A stretch of 63,129 nt of DNA, filler included, from Perkinsus chesapeaki ATCC PRA-425 (taxonomy: Eukaryota > Protista > Perkinsozoa): NCBI GenBank assembly GCA_013115145.1. It is 13 parts of 13 records of this genome, joined end to end, with 100 filler letters (N's around TTAATTAATTAA, not from the genome) between each part and the next. Parts side by side here need not be neighbours in the genome. Positions count along the whole stretch, not along the records: positions 1 to 3,595 come from JAAPAO010001384.1; positions 3,696 to 10,041 come from JAAPAO010001091.1; positions 10,142 to 17,181 come from JAAPAO010001045.1; 10 more parts are not named here. One strand, written 5' to 3'. Made by a program: the position numbers and the translations under genes. Position 1 is the stretch's first letter. Each line of letters starts with the position of its first letter. The notes under the pieces are model-generated. The model worked only from the letters and a program-made list of their open reading frames with translations, made no database searches and was not told where the DNA came from. Below are positions 1 to 10,229 of the stretch, one piece after another.

Positions 1-1876
1 AACCAAGCCTCTCCACCATTGATAACCAATATTCAGAATCATATTGCACTGCTACCACCGATGATTGAACTTTATCACTCACACGTGGCAATCGAGCTGA
101 AGGGGAAGAGGCTCGCGAACTCTCAGCAGGAAACGATAACCAAAATTCACGTCATCCGAGAGGTAATCAAGGTTTCCGGCACTAAATCTTCCCTGTTTTC
201 ACCACGATTTCTTTCCTGCTCGTCCGTCTTTCGTCTCTGTCCATTGCAGCTCAGCAGCCGAATAGGTCCTACTTCCGTTTTCGGAAGTTTTCATTCTCCT
301 ACACTGTTATTTCAACCATTCTGAGCTCGACATAAACTAACATACCGGCCTTTAGCAAAGAGAAAGGCCAGGTCAATATGGAAAATAATTGAGAACCTCG
401 AAAATGATACTGAGTGTGTCAGAGCCTATCATTCGTTTGATTTCCATAGACTCAAGACCCTTCCCGGTATCCCAGCATGACTAATATTTTCAAAGACAGG
501 GCTCATACAGGCGGAATCATTTCTGCTCCAAAAAAGAGGCCACCACCGCACTTCGAATATTCACAAGTGGCTCTATTGTGACCCCTTCCCCCATTATTAC
601 TACCAATCGGTATTCCCAAACTCGGACGATGACCTTCCTCTGTAGACTCACTATCAGCTGCTGCTGGATGTTGCGTGGGCGGCGGCTGCATCACATGCCG
701 CAGATCGTCGCTTTCCTTGTCGAACTCCCGCATACCAACAGCAGGTGGGTCGGATACTGACATATCTTACTCGATATTAACGCAGAGCATACGGACTAAT
801 CAAAGGCACCACGTAAACTCATCCAGTACACCCCGCTTCACTAAACCATACAAGACGACAGTGAAAGCCGAAGGATTTCTTTATGGCCAATCAAAGACGT
901 GGAGAAACTTCAAGATGACTTAAGAATGCAAGAACGTAGTCCAGTGTCACACTGGTAGTGGGGGGCACTGCAAAAAACGGGCCCTCCCGTTGAAACTTCG
1001 CTGGGTGGCTTTTCGAAAAATCTTTGGAACTCTAAATTCCGGATGTACTGGCGTAGGCGAATAATGTTACATATCGCCCCGGCCGCTCCTTTTTCACCAA
1101 CGATTCCGACCCGGTGGCACATTTCTCTATGTAGCCTTCCTTTGCCCAGCCGCAGCTCGGAGGCCAATTCGCATAACAGAGTGATTTATACAGCAATAGG
1201 GATAACTCCCCTTTAGCTTACAAATGGTGCTTTGTTAAGGAACTTCTATGGGGTGGCACCCTCTAGTCTCCATAATATCCCATTGACCCTGAATAACGCA
1301 AGCATGGCTATCACTGTACAATAGAGTACGGAGTTATCCAATGTAGGGGACCTGCACGGTCACACTCCTCTTGGTAGTAGCATCAAACAAGTTAACGCTC
1401 GTAAAATTGTAATACAAGCAAACCACTCGTTTCGACTACGCCGAGGGTTGTAAATCTTTCGCACGGATAGCAATCAAGCGTCATGCTGGAGGGACTGGCC
1501 TACGAATACTTACTACTAGCGAGCTCCTCGATACGAAGGCAGTCCCTCAATCCAAAGACAAGCGGCTACTTCGCTCGGCAAACTATGCCATTAGCGAGTT
1601 GAGGCTCTTGGTGACACAAAAACAAAACGTACACACGCCGATACGGCGCTGAACATCGTGCAACCGAGCAGGTTCTTTGAGGGCATATAGGAAATATTAC
1701 TCAGAATACAGACGACACCAGTTATAGCCGGAGAAGACTGATATGGGCTACACGCCACATACAATGGCAACGGGGTCGCCAATTACGAAAAAAAACTACT
1801 AATGTATTTACACAGAGATACAGTCTAATAATGCACAAAGACTCTTTCCCACCGCTCGGATCAAAAATGGGTCGGG

Positions 1877-2476
1877 CTAGTGAGCGACTGGGCATTGAGA
1901 CTCTTCTTGAACGGCGGGCAGGTCAAAGCCTGGAATATGTGGAGGAGTGTGAGAGATCTTCACTTCAGACGAAGTTCGGTTGCGGAATAGTCTCATCGGG
2001 CATTCACCTGACTGAGGGCCTTCTTCAGCTCGACTCTCTGTGAAGGGACCATACGCAGCCATGAAAACGCAGAGACCGTGAATATACGGCTCCACGAAGT
2101 CTCTAGGGAGGTCGAACTCTTCACAGGCCTTCAGTTGCATGCGTATCCAACGGTTACGCTGAGCTCTAGTGAATCCGGCACCGACATAGCCAGCCTCCTT
2201 AGGAGCATCGGCTCTATGAGGGCAATGTTGTGCCTTCTTGTGCATAGTGTTAATCATTCTAGTACCACCACGCTTGGTCATCTCGTCGTCAAGGCCAAGT
2301 GTCGTGAATAGCCAACGACAAAACATCTTATAGTGAGGCTCTTCCTTATCTTCGTAGAGGCAGCCAAGGATGGGGTCTTCGAAAGAGAGCTCGTAGAATC
2401 TTTTAGCAACCATCAAGACAGCCTCTCGACCACCAACACGATCAGCTAAATCAGCCGGGAAAAGGTGCATCACCAT
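1877..2476 (-). CDS. Truncated (2/2) hemoglobin-like protein, single exon
   Basis: ADRVGGREAVLMVAKRFY...DPILGCLY matches the 2/2 globin A/B/C pattern (xxRIGGxxxxxxxVxxFY, DPxL). There is a candidate proximal His in INTMH and a G-helix-like RNRWIRM. Recognised by motif only. Confidence 0.7.
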   Translation of the reverse strand: MVMHLFPADLADRVGGREAVLMVAKRFYELSFEDPILGCLYEDKEEPHYKMFCRWLFTTLGLDDEMTKRGGTRMINTMHKKAQHCPHRADAPKEAGYVGAGFTRAQRNRWIRMQLKACEEFDLPRDFVEPYIHGLCVFMAAYGPFTESRAEEGPQSGECPMRLFRNRTSSEVKISHTPPHIPGFDLPAVQEESQCPVAH

Positions 2477-3077
2477 TTCTTAAAAATCCGCTATAAATGT
2501 AACTAGAAAAAGTAATCAGAAAGAGGCTGACATTTTAACGCACAAGATCTACACCCGAGGTTATCCGAACCGTTCGTTTGCAATTTGCACGCATGCCCTT
2601 GAACTAACTACTCTTGCATCACTTGAAGTTCCTCAACAACTTCAAGGCCTCAATGCGGACCAGGCTTGTCGGTCAGATTATGTTACAGCTACGTCTGAGG
2701 TTAGACAGACTCAAACGGGCTAATCAACAGGGGTTGACAGTGAGTAGAGCTATCTCTTGTAAAAGTTTACCATTCCTCTGAGCGTGACGCGCGTCGTGTG
2801 ACAGGACTCTGCCCCCCAAGCGTGACCTATTCCGACTAATACTTTCAACTCGACACGGTTATATATTCTGTTGTCAGTGCGGGCGGACATAGTACAAATA
2901 ATATCAAAGACCAGTGTTCAAGACAGCGATGATGGACCTGCTGCCACAGCAGTGGGACACCATGCCGAAATGAAGAACAGGAAAACAGTGGAATCGATGC
3001 AATAGTGCAGAGATGAGGGCAAACTCAGAATGCAGGCAGCGCACTGCTCGTAACACACACATTAAAAATAGTAACAT

Positions 3078-3575
3078 TCAGATCCATTTCTGCTTTCTGT
3101 AAAGGAAGAATATCAGAGTCGTGATAGAAAGCAGAAGCAGCCAGAAATACAAGTATCCATACTTCCACATCAATTCAGGCATGCTTGGATCACCCGTAAC
3201 AGGGTCCTGAAAGTTCATACCGTAAACGCCTGTAAGAAACTGCCCTGGGACAAAAATTGTCGTTACGAGCGTGAGAACGTACAAAATGTTACTGGTCTTC
3301 GACTCGCAATACTGCCTGTACTGCTCGAGCATCATCCTAGAGTTCTCTCTTAGGGCCAATGATTCCTCCAGAAACCGCTGAGTGTTACTGCGGATATCAG
3401 AAGTATACATTTGCGAATCGGGACTCCAATGCTTGTAACTCACTGCCGTCTCAAGGACGTCCAGCACGGGGGCGACCATCCGGTACAGTTGACCGAGCTG
3501 CCGAACTATCTTACGTAAGCGTTTAACATCCTTTTGATAGAATTTATCCATTTCTCTGTCCAACCTTCTCTGCAA
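3078..3575 (-). CDS. corA: CorA-family Mg2+ transporter, 3' part only (5' lost at contig end)
   Basis: LYVLTLVTTIFVPGQFLTGVYGMNF (GMN signature), then MPEL..KYGY and a second TM helix ending in a basic tail. Confidence 0.9.
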   Translation of the reverse strand: MQRRLDREMDKFYQKDVKRLRKIVRQLGQLYRMVAPVLDVLETAVSYKHWSPDSQMYTSDIRSNTQRFLEESLALRENSRMMLEQYRQYCESKTSNILYVLTLVTTIFVPGQFLTGVYGMNFQDPVTGDPSMPELMWKYGYLYFWLLLLSITTLIFFLYRKQKWI

Positions 3576-3595
3576 TACCGATAAAGATGCATCAT

Positions 3596-3695
3596 NNNNN
3601 NNNNNNNNNNNNNNNNNNNNNNNNNNNNNNNNNNNNNNNTTAATTAATTAANNNNNNNNNNNNNNNNNNNNNNNNNNNNNNNNNNNNNNNNNNNN
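3596..3695. other. Artificial contig-joining spacer (N-TTAATTAATTAA-N), first of 12 in the window
   Basis: The same 12-mer, with stops in all six frames, sits inside each 100-nt N block. The others start at about 10042, 17182, 31234, 32438, 44304, 45995, 47469, 52375, 56260, 57649 and 61733. Confidence 0.97.
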
Positions 3696-3720
3696 CTTGA
3701 GGGCTCTTATAGCGGGGAAG

Positions 3721-4272
3721 TCAACTAAGACTTGAGCCAAGATGTGTGGTCGTGGTAGTTGTTGTGGTGGTGGTCGTAGTTGTTGTAGTTGTGGTCGTGG
3801 TAGTTGTGGTGGACGTTGTAGTTGTGGTGGTCGTTGTAGTTGTGGTGGTGGTTGTAGTTGTAGTTGTCGTGGTCGTGGTCGTTGTTGTAGTGGTAGTTGT
3901 GGTGGTGGTCGTAGTTGTAGTGGTAGTTGTGGTGGTGGTCGTTGTTGTTGTAGTTGTGGTCGTGGTCGTTGTTGTAGTTGTGGTAGTAGTAGCAGTAGTA
4001 GTAGCAGTAGTAGTTGTAGTAGTTGTGGTGGTTGTTGTAGTTGTGGTGGTGGTCGTTGTTGTTGTTGTTGTGGTGGCCGTTGTGGCGGTGGTCGTTGTAG
4101 TTGTAGTTGTGGTTGTGATTGTAGTTGTCGTAGTCGTAGCGGTAGTTGTGGTGGTGGTGGTTGTTGTAGTTGTAGTTGTGGTAGTTGTGGTGGTGGTCGT
4201 TGTTGTAGTTGTTGTTGTGGTGGTTGTTGCAGTGGTAGTTGTTGTTGTTGTTGTGGATGGGTCGGCCGTAGG
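3721..4272 (-). CDS. Putative terminal exon of a Thr-rich mucin-like protein (PTADPSTTTT...THLGSSLS*)
   Basis: The (GTN)n tract on + reads as an uninterrupted ACN (Thr) frame on -. A TAG (possible acceptor) at 4275-4273 precedes it and a TGA at 3723-3721 ends it. It could equally be a non-coding microsatellite. Confidence 0.45.
   Translation of the reverse strand, partial: PTADPSTTTTTTTTATTTTTTTTTTTTTTTTTTTTTTTTTTTTTATTTTTTITTTTTTTTTTATTATTTTTTTTTTTTTTTTTTTTTTTATTTATTTTTTTTTTTTTTTTTTTTTTTTTTTTTTTTTTTTTTTTTTTTTTTTTTTTTTTTTTTSTTTTTTTTTTTTTTTTTTTTTTHLGSSLS
3731..3744 (-). other. Truncated spliced-leader match CATCTTGGCTCAAG (3' 14 nt)
   Basis: Exact match to the 3' 14 nt of the Perkinsus SL as I recall it (ACCGTAGCCATCTTGGCTCAAG). 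It is not followed by GT. Confidence 0.55.
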
Positions 4273-4319
4273 CTATATCGCCAACTCTGGCGTTTCAGCC
4301 GGCCTACCATCCATTGGCC

Positions 4320-4620
4320 CCCCTCATTTCCTCCTTCCCTTCTCTCTTCTTCTCTTTCCCTTCCCCTACCTTCTTCTTCTTCTCTTTCCTTCCCCTACCT
4401 TCGTTTCTTTTCTTTCCCTTCCCTACCCTCTTTTCTTTTCTTTTCTTTTCTTTTCACACACACATACATGAGTACACATCATCAGAAACCCACACAAAAA
4501 AGAAGACAGATCATCATACTCATCATCAGCGCCGACCAGCAGCAGCAGCCACAACCACAGCCACAACCACAGCCACAACCACAGCCACACACGACCACGA
4601 CAACCACAACCACAACCGCG
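4320..4620. repeat. Polypyrimidine tract, (CA)n and (CCACAA/CCACAG)n microsatellites
   Basis: Directly visible low-complexity runs. Confidence 0.85.
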
Positions 4621-4911
4621 TGTTTACAGACCCCCTCCCCCCTCAATTTCATCACTGAGCTAAAGCGCGTCTCATGTCCCTCTCGTCTCATTGCGCAACT
4701 CTCCGTCAGCCACGGGGGTCAGCCGCGTATCTTTTGTCGTGCAATTGCACGTACCAGCACGCATTCTTCAGCGTGTGATGGTCGAGTGGGGGGGCACTTC
4801 TGTGACAGAATATCATAGTGGTACAGTGTGGTGTGTGTTGATTGAAGTGGCGTGGTGCAGTCTGCTGTCAGCGCCTGTCCCCGCCGGTGTCCTTCTGATA
4901 AAGCCCAAGCC

Positions 4912-7900
4912 CTAATGAGGGCCCGTGGCCTGCACGTTGGGTAGCACTTGCAGCACCCTCGTAGCAAACCTTGCCAGTCTTCGTGCCCTCGATCTCTCAG
5001 TGAAGTAATACGCGTACCCAACATCTGGCGGTCTTCTCACCATGTAGCGTATTCTGCTCAATTTAGGGCACTGGTCTATGAGGTGCTCCCAAGTTTCATC
5101 GAAATAGCCACAGAGTCGACAGGCCTTGGACGTCAGGCGTCCTATCTTCTCCAAATAGTGACCCGTGCCGAACCCGCATACAGCCATTAGGATAACTCTT
5201 CTGTCCTTCTCTCTGAGTCTCGTCCAAATTCGAATATGACTCATTGAATGCAGCCACCTGTGGGTCCTGGGTGATAGTCTGCCCAGGCCCTTTTTCAGAT
5301 CCTTCTCCACCCTTCTTCTAGAGAATACCCTGATCTGCTCCCTCGTATGCGATGCTGGTATGTTCCTGCTCTCCCTTGCTTTGGGTTCTCTCGCTGCAAA
5401 CCTGGCAAGGCTGTCGGCCATCTCATTCCCTTTTGTGCTGGCATGCCCTTTGACCCAGAATACCCTCACATCCACGCCATCATCCAGGAGCTGCCTGAGA
5501 CTATCTCTGGCTTCGGCCGCTAAGCTTGTTCCCGTTCTGGTCAAAAAAGATGCTCTAATAGCCGCCATACTGTCCACGTGCAGAGCAAAGGTGGTCCCCT
5601 GTACTCTCTGAGCTGCCTTCTTAATCTTCGACAGTCCCAGTGAGATGCCCATGATCTCGCATTGACAGATGTTAAATGACTTGGGGAGAGATATCCAGTC
5701 ACCTTCTAGAACCCTGCCATCCTTGTCCAACATGACCATCCCACACCCAGTTCCTGTCTGAGTTTTTGAACCATCAGTGTAAATGTGCAGGTCTCTGTCA
5801 TCTGCCGAATACTCTTCTAGTTTGACCCTTTCCGTCACACTCGCATCAGTCATTAAACTCTTCTTCACCTCACAGCTCTCTCTGTAGCTCTCCTTGAACC
5901 CTATCAGGTTCAAGATATTGCTCCCACCCTTTCCCAGCGACTGCCCCGCAAATGCGTCTTTGTGGCACCACGCATGGGTCCAAAGCGCCAGCAGGTGCTC
6001 GAGAGGGTCCTTCAGTGGTGTAATTGCCATGATAATAGCGTTCGGAGCCGACTGAGGAGCTCGCAGCGCAATGCGCGAGGCCTGCCTCCACAGTCCCAGT
6101 ACCTTCTTCCTGCACCATTCAAATCTCAACACAGTGCCCCATATCTCGACACCAAAGGCCAATATTGACACACAGAGTGCATTCCAAATCAGACATAACG
6201 CTTTGTCATTCAGCCCATATTTCAGACGGGCATATTTACGAATGGACATGAGTGTGCCCCTAGCTTTAGCTATGGCTAGGTCGATATGTTGATGAAAGTT
6301 CAAGTTCACATCCAGTTGTATGCCTACTATCCTGACGCTGCTCGCCACCTTTCCTAGCCCTCTCAGCTCCTCCTCCACCTCACTTGAGAAGGACGACGTC
6401 TCAGCCAAGATGTTTATCTTCTCTTCTTCTATCGCCATGTTGTTGTGTCCTGCCCATTCCTTGATGCGATTGATAGCCATCTTCAGCAAGGTCAGAAGCG
6501 CCCTCTCTGACGCCGCAGTTATAACAAGAATTATGTCGTCTGCAAAGACTACACAACAACAGCCTACTGGTAGTATCCGGTTAATCTCTACTATGATCGA
6601 CGAGCAGCTCAGGTTCCATAGCCTGGGTCCCAGTGCCGATCCTTGCTGAAAGCCGTGGACCAGTTTCCTTCTGACTGTCTTCCCATCCACACATAAGTTA
6701 GCCACTCTTCCTTGTAGGTAGCTAGCCAACAACTTGACCAGCGGCTCTGGCATACATTTTCTGGCTTCGGATACTGTCAGACTCCAGCTGCAGTTATCAA
6801 AGGCTCCCTTAACGTCCAGGGTGGCCATCACCCGATAGGATCTTCTAGCTCGTCCAGAGTTGTAGGTCCTGATGACGTCCGTCAGCGCCGTCGAGGGACT
6901 CTTGCCTACAATATAGGCGTGTTGATAAGGTATTCCCCTATGCGGAAAGGATTCCAGAAAGGACTGCGCCAGGCACTTCTCCACCAGTTTGGATACTGCC
7001 GATAATAGCGTAATGGGTCTGAATGACCTCAGTCCCACCCGACCCGGCTTGCTTATTAAAATGGTTCTCGATCCTTTAAGTGTCGTGGGGAAGTAGGATA
7101 ATTGTATGCGAGCTACCACAATCTTCTCGATCCACACATTTGCACCCGCCCCCAATGCAGTTTTCAGGTGCACGTTCACAATCTCGTCCGGTCCCGGTGC
7201 CTTGTAGTCATCAAAGGTTCTCATCACCTCGTCCACATCCTTGACGCTGAATGCCTCCATCAGCCTTCTCAGCTTGCTCAGGCCCGCCTCCCCCGGTTCA
7301 TCCGTCCCACCTTCTGATACAGGTCGTGGCTCCCTCCGTCTATTGCCTGTACATGTGCACTCCAGCGGGTCACTTCTCTCCTCGTCTGCCTCGATCTCAC
7401 CAAAGAAATGGTCACCCAATTCCTCAATGGAGGCTACATCCAAAGGGTTGATTCCATTCCTTCTCCCCTTAACCAGCTTAAATAATTCCCTGCTGTTACC
7501 TCCTAGGCTGTCCAAGTAACCCGCAAATTTCTCTAATTTGGCTTTCCTCACCTCGTGATAATAGCGGTTCTTAGCTCGCTTGAAGTCCTCCACCCCGCAG
7601 AGTCCTTTCCTCGGCTGCCTTCTTTTGGAGCAGAGCTCACTTTTCATTCCCTCCAGCTTGTTATTCCACCACAGCTTCCCGCCACATGGCACCTTTTTAA
7701 TCGGTGTCGACTCTGTAACAGCCGTGCGTATTGTGTCGATCAATCTGCTGGTAACCTTTTCTAGTTTAGGTACACAGCATATTTCCTCATCATCCCACTC
7801 CTGGAATTCATTGCATAGCCTCGCCCTCAGCTTCTCGTGATCTGTCTTGCGTATGTTTCTCCTAGATACCCATTCTGTGCTATCAATCGAGCCATGATTG

Positions 7901-8541
7901 ATGGTGAACGATATGAATCTGTGATCCGATGTCGTAATCACCCTCTCATCTATACCCCAACCTGTCACCTCTCCATCGAAGTCATCCGTTGATACGGTGA
8001 TGTCAATGGTGCTCGAGGATAGCCCGGAATGTGATTCGAATGTTGTCTTCTTTCCCACATTATGTATTTCCATACGATTTGATACGAGATAGTCCTCCAG
8101 AATTCTGCCCCGCTGAACAGCCCTTCTGTGCCCTAGCTGCCCCCATAGCAGTGAGTGCGAGTTGCAGTCACACCCAGTTACCGTTTTCCCCAGAGTGGGA
8201 ATCAAGTTACAATCTGCCGACATATCCCCCGTCGGGTGCAGATACACGGAGGCCAGAGTAACACTCTCATTTATGCTAACTACCACCACATCACGCACGT
8301 TCTTTATTATGCGAAAGGGGGTACCCAGCCTAATCATGATGGCTGCTCTTGGTTCCAGATCATCTCCTCTTTTACATACAATCGTATAGTTCAGCAGAGA
8401 CTCGGGAACTCCCCTGGGGGGTTCCTGTAGTAGAATACAATTAAAGATTATGTTCTCCCTTGCTAGGCTAATAAAAATCTCATCTAATGCTATTCTAGAT
8501 CTACCTAAATTTATTTGTCCTACGCTCAAATGGTTACACAA
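4912..8541 (-). CDS. Non-LTR retrotransposon ORF2 (APE endonuclease-RT-RNase H-CCHC), intact, 1209 aa
   Basis: APE: LLQEPP, SVYLHP, DCNSHS..WG, IDIT, SDHR. RT: KAPGPDEI, FRPITLLS, LDVKGAFD, QQGSALGP, FADD. RNase H: YTDGSK, VDS, WVKGH, GNEMAD. C-terminal CRLC..ETWEHLIDQC. Confidence 0.96.
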   Translation of the reverse strand: MCNHLSVGQINLGRSRIALDEIFISLARENIIFNCILLQEPPRGVPESLLNYTIVCKRGDDLEPRAAIMIRLGTPFRIIKNVRDVVVVSINESVTLASVYLHPTGDMSADCNLIPTLGKTVTGCDCNSHSLLWGQLGHRRAVQRGRILEDYLVSNRMEIHNVGKKTTFESHSGLSSSTIDITVSTDDFDGEVTGWGIDERVITTSDHRFISFTINHGSIDSTEWVSRRNIRKTDHEKLRARLCNEFQEWDDEEICCVPKLEKVTSRLIDTIRTAVTESTPIKKVPCGGKLWWNNKLEGMKSELCSKRRQPRKGLCGVEDFKRAKNRYYHEVRKAKLEKFAGYLDSLGGNSRELFKLVKGRRNGINPLDVASIEELGDHFFGEIEADEERSDPLECTCTGNRRREPRPVSEGGTDEPGEAGLSKLRRLMEAFSVKDVDEVMRTFDDYKAPGPDEIVNVHLKTALGAGANVWIEKIVVARIQLSYFPTTLKGSRTILISKPGRVGLRSFRPITLLSAVSKLVEKCLAQSFLESFPHRGIPYQHAYIVGKSPSTALTDVIRTYNSGRARRSYRVMATLDVKGAFDNCSWSLTVSEARKCMPEPLVKLLASYLQGRVANLCVDGKTVRRKLVHGFQQGSALGPRLWNLSCSSIIVEINRILPVGCCCVVFADDIILVITAASERALLTLLKMAINRIKEWAGHNNMAIEEEKINILAETSSFSSEVEEELRGLGKVASSVRIVGIQLDVNLNFHQHIDLAIAKARGTLMSIRKYARLKYGLNDKALCLIWNALCVSILAFGVEIWGTVLRFEWCRKKVLGLWRQASRIALRAPQSAPNAIIMAITPLKDPLEHLLALWTHAWCHKDAFAGQSLGKGGSNILNLIGFKESYRESCEVKKSLMTDASVTERVKLEEYSADDRDLHIYTDGSKTQTGTGCGMVMLDKDGRVLEGDWISLPKSFNICQCEIMGISLGLSKIKKAAQRVQGTTFALHVDSMAAIRASFLTRTGTSLAAEARDSLRQLLDDGVDVRVFWVKGHASTKGNEMADSLARFAAREPKARESRNIPASHTREQIRVFSRRRVEKDLKKGLGRLSPRTHRWLHSMSHIRIWTRLREKDRRVILMAVCGFGTGHYLEKIGRLTSKACRLCGYFDETWEHLIDQCPKLSRIRYMVRRPPDVGYAYYFTERSRARRLARFATRVLQVLPNVQATGPH

Positions 8542-8575
8542 TGATGCATTAATCTTTGGGGTGCCCTAGGCGCCG

Positions 8576-9967
8576 TCAATAGCGCTGGGGACCCAGCCCT
8601 CCTCTATCCGTCATACGCTCCCTGGCATCGATCCTCTTTCTCAAAGCTGGGCATTCTGCACTGAGGCAGCTATGCCCTTTGGTCTTGCAGACCAGGCAAG
8701 TAAAGCCTTCAGGCTTTGCCATTCTATTCTTGCAATCTCGTAGTGAGTGGTCCCCACCACCACATCTTGTACACTGGATCTTGCCAGGATCACAGTAGGG
8801 TGCAGCAGTATTGTGCACATCCCCGCAGTTGTAGCACTGCCTCACATAAATATAGTCTCTGCCCTCCATGGACCCTCCTTTGCAGAAGATGCGACTCCCT
8901 GATTTGCGATAGAGGACATATACATCAGTGGGCATCTCCAATATCACCCGTGGGCCCGTAACCCTTCTGATCTTGATATTACCAACGTTAGGTCCCAAGA
9001 TGTCCTTATTGAAATCAACAATTTCCCTATGTAGATCCTCTGATCCCGGCTTATCCATACGGCCTCTGGGTAGCATCAGAGAGATCTCAGGGTTCAGTCT
9101 TTTCGCATCCTTATAGAAGAGGCCGCTCTCTTGGACGGCGGTCTTGAGCTTTGACGCCTCCTGTGCAGTGGGCAGTCTGCAGACGCATCCCATCTTGGTC
9201 CTTGATATTCCCACCAGTCTGATCGGCTCGTCTTTAACACACCCTTCATTTATCTTCTCGACTAAATCCTTATAAACATCGTCAGATATGGATGCACCCC
9301 TCTCTTGCGGATTAAGCTTGGGGCCAATCAGCACAGTGTGGCTTGTGTCCTGAGTTCTGTCATCGGCATTCATCACTGCCGTACCCCTTGTATAAGTTGA
9401 GCCAGACTTGCTCACGACCGGGTTTGGGGCCCTAGAGGGTGGTGGGCTTCTGGTAACCGAGTCTCTCATCTTTCTCATCTCCTCCTGGTTTTTGATCTGG
9501 ACTTCCAGGATCTCCACAATCCTGGACTTTAGACCCGAATTTTCCTCTTGTAGATCCAACAACATGGCCGTGGCCTTGTTCAAGCAATGTTGGATCCTAT
9601 TCATGATGGCCTTACTGATCTTGGACTGATTGAACAGATGTCTAATCAGTTCCCCAGCGATAACAATATCATGAGGCGACCCTTGCACATCCTCCGGCAC
9701 AGTTTTCGGAGGTTCAAAGTCCAGCACATCATTCTCCCCTCCATTCCCACCTACTTCCCTGAAGACACTATCCTCCACGGAGGTGTTGGAATCATGTCTC
9801 CTCAGTTCTTGTCTGCCCCTGATATCCTCAATGTTAAGGGAGCGCCCCTGCGATGGATCCACCGGCGGCGGTTCACGTAGAGGCGAACGGTTGTCGGGAT
9901 TGGCAGGAGTGCCAGCAGCGACGGGAGTGACGCGAGCGATGGTCATTTGTTGGTCAAAGAAACACAA
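8576..9967 (-). CDS. Non-LTR retrotransposon ORF1 (gag-like, three Cys/His knuckles)
   Basis: Coiled-coil N-half, then CYNCGDVH..C, CTRCGGGDH..C and CLVCKTKGH..C. It ends 34 nt upstream of ORF2. The likely ATG is at 9946. Confidence 0.88.
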   Translation of the reverse strand: MCFFDQQMTIARVTPVAAGTPANPDNRSPLREPPPVDPSQGRSLNIEDIRGRQELRRHDSNTSVEDSVFREVGGNGGENDVLDFEPPKTVPEDVQGSPHDIVIAGELIRHLFNQSKISKAIMNRIQHCLNKATAMLLDLQEENSGLKSRIVEILEVQIKNQEEMRKMRDSVTRSPPPSRAPNPVVSKSGSTYTRGTAVMNADDRTQDTSHTVLIGPKLNPQERGASISDDVYKDLVEKINEGCVKDEPIRLVGISRTKMGCVCRLPTAQEASKLKTAVQESGLFYKDAKRLNPEISLMLPRGRMDKPGSEDLHREIVDFNKDILGPNVGNIKIRRVTGPRVILEMPTDVYVLYRKSGSRIFCKGGSMEGRDYIYVRQCYNCGDVHNTAAPYCDPGKIQCTRCGGGDHSLRDCKNRMAKPEGFTCLVCKTKGHSCLSAECPALRKRIDARERMTDRGGLGPQRY

Positions 9968-10229
9968 CTGCAGTGGTAGTAGCGACAGAAGATGTGGTCG
10001 TCGTGGTAGTGGAAGATGTGGTCGTAGTGGTAGTAGAAGATNNNNNNNNNNNNNNNNNNNNNNNNNNNNNNNNNNNNNNNNNNNNTTAATTAATTAANNN
10101 NNNNNNNNNNNNNNNNNNNNNNNNNNNNNNNNNNNNNNNNNTGTGCCACTCATGCACCGCTTATCTCCTTCTAACCAGACCATGTAGCCGACAACCTGCT
10201 ACCGTATCTCTGCTGTACTGTAATCATCA

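Noticed and set aside
3648-4818. Poly-Val, Cys/Gly-rich and Gln/Pro ORFs
   Set aside because: Alternative frames of one trinucleotide-type repeat. Only the Thr frame has a plausible acceptor and stop.
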